Origin: Klebsormidium nitens
Lineage: Eukaryota > Plantae > Klebsormidiophyceae
Assembly: GCA_000708835.1 (NCBI GenBank)
Contig: DF237257.1
Location: forward strand, 41,885 to 105,884
Length of the DNA: 64,000 nucleotides
Reading direction: 5' to 3'
A program made the translations under genes and the position numbers. Of this stretch, positions 26,501 through 36,300 are shown piece by piece. Below the pieces are notes generated by a model. The model was given only the letters and a program-made list of their open reading frames with translations. It had not been told where the DNA came from and did no database searches. The first letter of the stretch is position 1. Every line of letters begins with the position of its first letter.

Positions 26501-29500
26501 GACGCGCGAACGTGTCCGACGTTGGACGTGCCCTCGGGCATGCTGATCACGACCGACTGGGGGGGGGACTTGGAGGAGTGGATGGAGGGGGGGGCTGCGC
26601 AGGAGAAGTCACGAATTTACTTTTAAGGGAAAGGGCCGTTCAAGTGAACATTGTGGTGTTCCAAATAGGTCGACAGAGATGCAAACGAAGAGAAAGCCGT
26701 TTGGGAAGATGAACTCGATCAAAGGTCATGCGACTAGCATGTCTGGGTTGAGCCACTTCCAATACGCTTGCAGCAAGAGCAACTCGAAAGGAGAAGAAAG
26801 CCAAATCGACCGCTTGATAATGGAGGCAGGAGTGTCTCGAAAGTGGTACCAAATTGGCCCCTCTTGCCGTCCTTCCTCTTTGGCACAGGCCGTTCGAAAC
26901 CCCGAAGCGGAAGGGTCTGTCGAATCGCAAGAACTCAATAGCAAACGCCTCCACCTGTCTTTCCCAACAACTTCGAAGAAAGCAAGTCGAACACAGTTTT
27001 GTACTTTCCGCTGCTGCCGACTCACCTGCCGTTGGCAGAACCTCCTGGTTCGGGTTCCAGTCGAACCACTTCCTCGCAAGCGCCGTGTGATCCTTTGGCT
27101 TCGCACTCTTGGACCGTCGCCAGAGGCAAAAAGCAGCACACGCGGCAACAAAGAGGAGCGCCACGACGCAGAGAACGACGACAATGATGATGATAGTGGT
27201 CTTGTTGCTGTCGCTGCTGGGGGACCCGACGGGCGCTGCAAAATGAGAAATTGTCTGGTTCGGAAGCTGTGGGATTGGCGTGGTGGGCATGAGTGCTGCT
27301 TACAGAGTTGTCCTATCTCTGTGCTTCAGGATAGACACCAATCAGAGGGACTCTTCAACCAAAGAAGGACGTTGCAAGCAAACAGAAGGCGGGAAGTAGC
27401 AACGCTCGAAATAAGAGGTAGAGGGATAGCAACGGGACAAAAAGGGAAGGGTGGAACAATTTCGCACCACAGCTTTCCTAGGAACAATAGGTATGCGCAC
27501 ATGTCATTGTCACTGGAGTTCAAAGGCACTTACCAGGAGGCGTGTTCTGCCTCAGCAAAAGGCTCTGCGAGACTTGGCCTTGGCCAACTAGCTGCGTGGG
27601 GAAAACATGACCAAAGGTCAGTACTCGGGCAAATGCTGGGCACTTCTACGCTTGACAAGTGGATTGGGCCCACTTTCTGATGGGCCTCAGAAGGTCTTCA
27701 GACAAAGCTCAGGGCTGTTTGAAGGTGCTGCAGACCGTTTGTGAACGAGGCAAGCGATGCCTGACAGACGAGAGCAGCATCCAATCAGGCCTTCAGAGAT
27801 ATCAATTGGTGGCCAGAGTTCATTTCCGAGTCGAATGCCTGACAGCTATGCCTGATACCCATAAGCAGAGTGGGCGTGCGAGTGTTGCACTGGTAAATTC
27901 TGCGAAACGCTTGCCATGCCCCTCACCTGTCCCCTAGCCGCCCCGCTGGCGTAATCGTTCGTCAGCAGGTTAACGTAGCGGTTACCACCCGGGTTAAGAA
28001 TCTGGTAAATCACTTCTACATTGGGCACGACAACACAGCCCCCCGTGGGGAACTTGGGCTGGCCGCCGGAACTAAAAGTAACTAGAGTGGGCCCGTTTTG
28101 GCCGGCACTTCCGGAGTTGATGGTAAGGCCTGCTGGGGGGCTCTGTAGGCCAGAAGTGGAAAGTCTCCAGAAGCAAACGGTATTGGTGCCGAGCACGTTG
28201 ATCATGACCTGGCCGTTGCCTGCAAGAAGAGAGATTGGCGTTTCGATCAGACGTGGATCAAGATAAGCTGCAAGTGGTTAAGCCTGAGTTAGGCGGGTTT
28301 GCAGAACGTAGGCCCTGGGTTGCTAATAAGGGCTCAATGGGGGCAGCAAAAAGGGCTTTCTCAATCAAGGTGGTTGTATGGCACAGTTGACAGAACAGAA
28401 TGATCACAGGCTGTAGTGTAGTTCTCGCTGTGTCTGAGATACAAAACTTCAGTGGTGACCTAAGATATGCATCTAAACCTGAATGCGGCACAGTCTTATC
28501 AACGTTTGAAGTAACTATTGTATATCAAGTTCCATGCCCCTGTGCCGTACCTAAAAATATCCGACGGCAGACTTTCGCGGCAAAGGACAGCACCATCCTA
28601 GGCCTGGAAGAGAACCAGATAAATCACATACTGCCACATACACTCAATCTAGATACACACAGAAGAGCTGTCGCATCTAGCTGCCCTTCATGCATAAGAT
28701 AGATTGACCACTCACCGAAACAACTAGCAAGGCCCACACAAACAATGCGTTCGAAACACTCACCATCCCCAGCAATCGTCGGCACCTCCTCGGTACCTTG
28801 CAGTCCCACACGCGCCACCGCTGTGTTCAACTGATTGCGCACCAATCCATAGTTTACATTGTTCAAGTCGTGAATGTTGATGTAATACTCGCTCATGTTC
28901 CCCAGAATCCCTTGGACCGCTTTCGAATCTACAGCGGTGCATGCCGGCTGCGTCGGGTCGTTCGTAATCGGAAAGAAAACCGTCACGGGCCCCACTTGCG
29001 TGGCCTCCCCAAAGTGAAGGTGCGCGCCCGACAGAATGTACCCATCCGGCGTTTGCAGGTTCAGGTCTGAGAGGCATACTGCGTCGTCAGCAAAGGTTAT
29101 GATCGCGGAACCGTTGGCGGGGGTGTTGATAGCCGGAAGCTCGTTTGCGCTGTCCAGCATGACCTTGGCAACTAGAGTGGGGAGCTGGCCCCTCAGAATG
29201 CCAGCGTCCGGATAGTCTTCATTGTACACTGTAATGTAAAAGTTTGCGGGGTCGGCTAGGATCGACCTGAACACTGAGGGCGCCACCTGAACCGAGCCGC
29301 TAACGGGGAGCAAGGACGACACGCCGAAGTCTACAACCACCCTTGCGGATGCCGTGTTTGCTGCGCCGGCGAATAGGCGGATCCCCGTGATTGGCTGAGT
29401 GATGGAGTCATCGAGCTGGAGCTTGTCAAAGAAGATAGGGAGGGGGGAGGTGCTGGTCAGGGGGTCCACATTCTCTGGGAAACTGAGGTGGATGCTGCCT

Positions 29501-30407
29501 TGCGCAAGGGGGGTGCCGCTCAGTGGGGGGGTCACCTTGGCGCTGTTCAGATACACAGTCATGTTCACATTGGCAGAGGCCCCTGTGACAGAAAACGTAC
29601 AACATGAGTTTTGTGACATTTGCAGAGGCACCTGAGTAAGGAAAAGAGCATGTTGAAAGCTTATAGTGTCCTCTTGCGAGGTATCAAATGCACTGATTCT
29701 CAAGACAAGCAGACTCAGCCCATGCATTCGAGCAAGACGTCCAGAAGGTAAAGAGCTAGCTGGTACCCAGAATGTTCTTTCTAGGCATGAAACAGATTTC
29801 TTGGAGCTTGAAAACAAGAAACGGAAATCTGCCAGCTTGCAACCGAGTTAATCACCAACAGCTACCAGAAGGGGCACTTTTCGAACGTCAGCCAGGGCAT
29901 TGAGCTAGCAGTAGGTATCCGAAGCCCAAGGTCCAAACCAAGAGATATTGACCATCCCAACGGAGTAGTTTTAACTTTGAGCAAAGTTCTACGGTTTTCC
30001 ACGGGCTTGACTAAAGCCCGTGGCCTTCTTTGTGAAAGAAACCTTAAAGAATGTTTCCCCCAGTTCTTGGCAAGATTGAGTCCCAACATTCCCAGTCATA
30101 CCGTAACTAGAATTGTACACTTGTGCGGAGAAAGGAGAATTGCAGTTGCAATAAGCTTTGTTTCTGTGTATCACCAAATTGCAAAGTTTGCAACTTTGTA
30201 CACTCTGGCTTGTGTGAGAATAAGCCACGACCAATATGGCTGCAGACGGCGCTTCCACTGTTCATAAAAGAACCGACAAACAATAAGTTGGGACGTGCCA
30301 GATTGAATTGTGGACCCAGCATCATCCAACTATGGCTCACTAGGCAGTCGAGCAGACTTCTTACCTGACATGAGAAGTGCAAACACAATGACAAGCAAAG
30401 CTTTCAT
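23547..30407 (-). CDS. Receptor-like kinase (RLK/Pelle, RD type) with three extracellular CHRD domains, ~867 aa
   Basis: 12 in-phase exons: 30407-30365, 29582-28764, 28219-27927, 27591-27534, 27235-27026, 26594-26345, 26061-25956, 25572-25323, 24986-24881, 24591-24461, 24147-23999, 23735-23547. Signal peptide [18 protein letters not shown]; three repeats ending ILRGQL, LVRNQL, AARGQL; [27 protein letters not shown]; kinase [64 protein letters not shown]. Confidence 0.9.
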
Positions 30408-31207
30408 CGTCCATTCTTGCTGCAAACTATCCCGCCAAGCACTGGCGACCCGATGCCCCATTTTTTTGGCAACACAACTGCAGGCCCTTGATAAAACCTA
30501 GAAACAAGGATGTTGGCTTCCGCACAACTTCCTGATTGCACTGGCAGATCACCAAATATGTGTATCTCTCAGCTCGCTTCTGTATACTCAGTTGACTGTA
30601 CTGTTGATCGCTGTGACCTTGAAAGCAACTGGAACCTGCAGGTTGTCCCTCTTTTTCTTCAAAAACGTCCAAGGGCAGTGTCAGGTATTGTCTGTAATGG
30701 GTAACCCTTGACAGGACCCTCGCACGCCCGTCGACAAGTCGGTCACTCCTAAGCGCTCTGCACAATTCTGCTTCTCTTCCAAAAGCTCAAATGAGCGGCT
30801 CGTCACACAAGCCTGAGAACAAAGGAGAAGCTTTGTCCTGTACATGTGCAGCTTGCTTAAAGTTCGAGACGGATGGCCTCTTCCCACAGGAGGAGGCTTG
30901 CTCAACGAAGTCTTGAACAGCCCCAATTTGCATGGCGCTCAATCTGGCCAAGTGCATGACGACTCTGACTGTCACATGGGGATGTACACACAAGGCGCAA
31001 ATCAAGGAGCACTTCCTGCCAGAACGAAGATTTCGCGAAAGATACACGTTCATTTACTGGTCCCGAAAGTAGCGTGCGCTCTTACTGCCGTCGGATGGAG
31101 GGTTTGAAAGCGAACCAGCCGTCAGATGGAGAGTTTCACAAAGGAAATCTGAAATGGGGCTCCTAAATTCGTCACGACCAGGCCGCCAGAGGAATGAGTA
31201 CCACTCC

Positions 31208-31396
31208 GGCAACGCTAGCTTGCACTAAGAGCAGCTTGCACTAAGATAGGCACCCGGGGGACGGGTGGGGTTAGTCTGGGGGTTAGGGTGGGTACGGGTG
31301 CGGAGCGTGTTGTTTGTTGTGTTAGGGTTTTTAGTTTGGGTGCCCGGGAGCTTCGTATCTTAGTGCAAGCGGCTCTTAGTGCAAGCGAGCGTTGCC
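31208..31396. mobile_element. Small fold-back element (41-bp inverted arms) around a G-rich core
   Basis: Arms 31208-31248 and 31356-31396, each with two GCTTGCACTAAGA-type units. Confidence 0.7.
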
Positions 31397-31402
31397 AGTA
31401 TA

Positions 31403-31681
31403 CCATACCAACACGCCGGTTGGGCATCAATTAATTATTTTCGATTTTGCCCAAAATTTTCAATACTATTTATATTCCTTTTTTCATTCTGCCCAAATTT
31501 TCAAATGAATCAAAATTCCAATATTTGATCTTTGATCATTTTTGGCTGCTGGAAAAAGGATTTCTGAGCATATATTCCAAAATTTCAATTTCTCAAAAAT
31601 TCCAAAATGAGTTGCTCAATTTTCAAATCGTACGTAATTAATTATTGGGCAAAAATCTGCCCAACCGGCGTGTTGGTACGG
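31403..31681. mobile_element. AT-rich MITE, Tc1/mariner (pogo/Tc2-like)
   Basis: 24-bp TIRs CCATACCAACACGCCGGTTGGGCA / TGCCCAACCGGCGTGTTGGTACGG (1 mismatch), flanked by TA on both sides. Interior is far more AT-rich than the surrounding DNA. Confidence 0.85.
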
Positions 31682-31813
31682 TATGAGTACCTTTTGCGGG
31701 TTAAACGTGGCCACTTTACTAGCTTCACTGGAATCATTGCACACTTGCACGTCGGAAAGCGTTAAAGTGAACTCGGAGTCCGGACTAATAGGAATAATAA
31801 GCGGCAGGCAGGC

Positions 31814-32065
31814 GGACCGCAGAACCGCAGAATAGCTGGGGGACGACCAAGAATTGCAGCGCTACCGTCCAGATTTTGACGTCAAAAAATGAACGCTCAA
31901 GATCTTTCGTTTATTCTTAGTTAGACCCGGTTGGTCCAAACCCTAGTATCGGAACCTGTCCTGCCCAAGTTGGCGACCCCCTAGCTAAACTTGGCAGACT
32001 GGAGTCCTTATTTTCAGATCGGACGGTAGCGCTGCGATTTCGTCCATCGCGAAGTTCTGCGGTCC
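31814..32065. mobile_element. Non-autonomous element with imperfect ~57-bp inverted arms
   Basis: Perfect inverted pairs GGACCGCAGAAC (31814-31825 / 32054-32065) and GCAGCGCTACCGTCC (31856-31870 / 32021-32035). Confidence 0.65.
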
Positions 32066-32069
32066 CCTG

Positions 32070-32195
32070 CAGGTATAATAAGCTCGCCAGCCTGGGACGG
32101 GTGGGGTTAATTTGGGGGTTAGGGTGGGTACGGGTGCGGAGCAGGTAGATTGTTGGGTTAGGGTTTTTAGTGTTAGTTGGAGCTTATTATACCTG
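32070..32195. mobile_element. Second fold-back element around the same G-rich core
   Basis: Perfect 16-bp inverted repeat CAGGTATAATAAGCTC (32070-32085) / GAGCTTATTATACCTG (32180-32195). Core 32094-32171 matches 31258-31335. Confidence 0.7.
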
Positions 32196-32230
32196 GCTCT
32201 TATTTTATCTAAACTAGTCCGTCATAAAAA

Positions 32231-32385
32231 AGTGGGCGTCTGCACTCGCGAGTGCACCTGGACATCGGACGGTTTAACTTCCGAGTTGAATCTATCGGAC
32301 GGCGCAGAGTTGGCCTTCTCGAGGCTCTCCTCAGGACTCAGACTCACTAGTGTGCATTTCCCGGCTTTGAAATCCGACGCCCACT
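32231..32385. mobile_element. Kolobok-like MITE, older copy
   Basis: 10-bp TIR AGTGGGCGTC/GACGCCCACT; interior homologous to 32671-32816; TTAA flanks not preserved. Confidence 0.65.
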
Positions 32386-32670
32386 CCTCTTCGGCAGCAA
32401 ACGCCTTTCCCGCAAGATTCGTAGATCGTACGCAAATTTAGCCAGTTGACCAGCGCGCCAAATTAAATGTCCAAGTGGCAGCATGATATTGGCCGTTGCC
32501 GGTAGACATATAAGTACCGATTCTGTACGGTACCGTACCGTGGAGCATGTTGGTAGACCATGCATGACGTAAGCAGGCAGTAGGCCTGCACTCGGTCACA
32601 CGCACGCGGCCGCCAAGCGGCCGCCCGCCGACGTCCACAACTCTGCAGTGTCTGGCGGCACCACGTTTAA

Positions 32671-32816
32671 AGTGGGCGTAGGGCTCGCGAGCTCATATGG
32701 AAAATGGACGGTGCTAACAGCTGAGTTGCATCTATCGGACGGCCCACAGCTAGCCTCTACAACCCGCCCTCATGACTCAGTCTCACTAGTGTGCTTACTG
32801 AAATCCGACGCCCACT
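32671..32816. mobile_element. Kolobok-like MITE with TTAA target-site duplication
   Basis: TTAA|AGTGGGCGT...ACGCCCACT|TTAA. Purine-purine 5' termini with TTAA fit Kolobok rather than piggyBac. Confidence 0.75.
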
Positions 32817-33358
32817 TTAAGTACGTTCCACGTCGACGTTGAGCTCAGTCGCGCATGCCAGGCATTGCCGGGCCCGATGCATGTATATACCATTCACAGC
32901 ATCATTGTGTCATGCTTGACGTACTTGGCCCTGTATATACTTGCCGACAGCTGAGGACCCCACAATGGCAGTCACCCGAAAAGAGGCGCGTATACCGGTA
33001 TTATAAGAGAGTCTTTTGGTGTTCGATCCAGACTAAGTTAAGGTGGCCGCCATCTTACAACGCCATGCAGAGCTTCTGAAAGCGGCGATCTGCACCGAGC
33101 AATTTCTACAAACCACTGCTGCCCGCGACATGCAAGCGCATAGATGTGATGCTAAGGGCCAAGCGGACTGCCGGGCAAGGCGACAAGGCGGCCTGCATGT
33201 ATACGTAGTTATCGAAGCAATCGCGCCAAAGATTTATATAAGACTGGACACAACCTAGATGAGATGAATTAGACGCAAATAAAATGCAGACACGTAGTAA
33301 TGCTTTCCGCCCACAGACCAGTCTCCGGACTGCACTTAACCACTTATCTGAGAGTCGA

Positions 33359-36300
33359 CTATCTGACTTCAACAGAAACGCCGTTGCCAACAGCGTTTTG
33401 TCCACTGCCCTCTGTTGTCGAAGAGGGGTAAACGAAAATCTTTGCGTTGCCTTGCGTTGGATTTAACTTCGCGCCGTGCCGAACAGTACTGAACTTTATC
33501 TGAGGGAGCGTCAAGAGCCCCGCCTGGATCGGAACGAGCTCGTACAAAAGCGCTTTCACCGAACGGGGCAGGACAATCATCTGGCCGTTGTGACTCCCGC
33601 CGAGAACGAAGCTGGGGGAGTCCGTCACACTAAAAGCAACCTCTTGCAGCAGTTCCGTCGCATTGGTTATCCTCACCGCGACGCTGAACGGCTTCCCCAG
33701 AGTTGCGCAGGCGGGCAATTCCGTTTCCACGAGGACGTGCGAGCCCTCAACGGACACCGGAGCAAGCGGAAGAACGGACACTACTGGGGCGGGGTGGGTG
33801 TCCCACGTGCCAGCTGGCACTTCCACGTGCCTCTGCCACGTCACCTCGAGCACGCCCAACGAGACCGACTCCCCCGGTTGCAAAGGACGCACTCGGAAGA
33901 GCTTCGAAAACGCCTCGCCGGGCCCCAGATCCCGAACCCCGTTCTCTTTGCCCTCCGCAGAATCCGCTAGGAGGTCCGCCTGGCTAGATTGCCCCGCGGT
34001 TCCAACTTCTTCCGCCAGGTTTTGTTCCATCCGCAGCGCCAGTCCGCTGACTCGGACCGGAACGGACGAGCTGCTCCGGACGGAAACGGAGAGCAGCACT
34101 TCCTCGTTGAGGGGCAGCTTTGCGGACGCTGTCGAGGGGGAGGGGAGAAGCGCATCCTTCCGGAACGGGGCGAACCAGCGGTGCGACACGGAGAGGGGTT
34201 CTTCCCCACGCATTGGCACGACCTTTCGCACCTGCGTCGTCGATTTGGAATGCTTTAGGACTTCAGAATGTTGGGGATTTACCCTAAAGTTAGACCTCGG
34301 TCTTACTCCCATGCGGGCCAGTTGGCGAGCACGCAAAAAAGTCTGCTAGACCGAGTTGAGGGTCGGCTGCTTTTTAAGTCAAGTCCTCCGGGTCCAAGTT
34401 CTGTGCTGAGTAAACATTGCCAGTGGTTTCTTGTCTGCATTGCGGGTAGGCAAGAAGTCGCAGGTCGCGTCGGAGCCACAGTTAGCAGCAGATGCCAGAA
34501 AGTCGCTTTCTCAGGGACATTGCTGGAGGGCACTGGACCGTTGCAGATCTAACTGGCATTTCTGGCACCCACTCGATTTTCCTTGCATTGGTCCAGAAAA
34601 GCTGTAAACGCGACCATGAGGCAAGCACCGGGGCCTTCTCTGTTCGGATCCATTTCATTGTGAAATGGCGCCCCCTCGTATCATACCGTGGGTTCATACC
34701 GAAGAACCCGCTAGGTAGTTTGTTGACCACCTTCCAGACCATTTCAAGTTCTCGAGGCAGCCGGTTGCTACATAAGCAATGACAGAGTAGAAGCAGGATC
34801 CCTCACCTTCGACTTTCGGGGGGCCCCGCCGCCCTTCTCCGCCTCATAGCTTACGGTCACCGCAAGCCCCGCATCCGCCGCCTGTGCCCACCGCAGAAAC
34901 ACCACTGCAGCCCACTCCCCGCCCGCATCGATCTCCGGGACCGCCAGCTGTCCCGAGAACTTCTCGTACGCGCCACTCCCGCTCGACTCCGCCGTTTCCG
35001 TTCCGCTCGTCGCCATATCCGCTGCACCTGCGGCCGTGACGTCAGCCGATTCCCGTTCCGCCCCTTCGGAGCCCTTGTTCACCAGAAGCTCCGCCGGAAG
35101 CACCTCAACGACGGGGACTTCGGACCCCAGATCGACGAGCGAAGCGTCCGAAACTGCGGCGGGGGGTTTGGGCGCCAGGCTCTCCGGCTCCAAACTCAGC
35201 TTGCCGCCCGACACTTTATCCCCCCGGGACGAAACCAAAATCCGCACCGGCAAAACCTCTCCCACTAACCCGGGTTCTCCGCCAAACTCCACCTGCACGT
35301 CGACGTCGGCCGGCGCCTCTCCGACCTCCAAAACGTGCAAACCTCCGAGCGGAATCACCGGTTTCGGGGATCCCTCGCCTCGGGGCTCGTACATCCAGAA
35401 GGGCACTAGTATCTCGCCACCGACTAGGGACTCGACCTGGCACCGTAACCGCGAGTTAGCGCCGAGGGTTAGGATGACCGCCTGGCACTCAAGGCGCCCA
35501 CTCGTCTTGGGTGTTACGTCTACTGAGAGCTTCCGCCACTCTAGAGAATTCAGCGTCAGCTCTTCTGGACTCCGCACGCTCTCTTTAGTGGGCGCTGCTG
35601 ACGTGTCGTCCATCAGGTTGACCACGGGCTGGGATGACGTGAGGGTGACGTTGCACGCCGGGTCACTGAAAACCACTTCAATCGAAGTTGGGCTCAATGC
35701 GGACGGAAGTCGAGACAAGAGGGCGACTGTCAGCTTCGTCGGCGTTCCGGGCTGCGCACTTCTCTGCTCAAAAAGCGCAGTACACGAGAGGACGGTTCGT
35801 AACGGAGACGCGTCGGCGAACGAGAGCAGCACGGGAGCGGCGGGATCAATAGCTAACGCCTCCGCCGGCTTCTTTTCCGCCTCCTCTTCCTCCACGCCCG
35901 AATCAATCCGATCTAGTTTGAGCCCGCTCCCCGCCAGGATCGCCATCGCCTCCCCTTGCGCGTGCTTCCGGAGCTCGATCCCCTTGCCCCCGTCCCAGCT
36001 TGTGCTTTCGTAACCGTTGCCGCCACCATTACCGCCGTTCAGGGGAAGAGACGCAAGCTCGAGCGAGTACTCGACGAACGCCTGGACGAGCCCCCCTTGG
36101 CGGGTGCACTCGCGAAGCCGCTCGAGCGTGGCGGCCAAAAGAAGCGCCCACGACTCCTTGCGGTAGACGGCCGCGACACTGTCATAGAGGCGGCGCGCAT
36201 TGGAGAGGTCGTTGGCGTGCAGATACTCATCGGCCATCTCGCCCCCAAGCTGAAGAGAAAACGGGTTTCAGAGGTTCAGCGTTTAAGCAGAGACCGGGTT

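Noticed and set aside
26679-27680. 333-aa plus-strand ORF
   Set aside because: Antisense to kinase exons and introns, with no domain signature.
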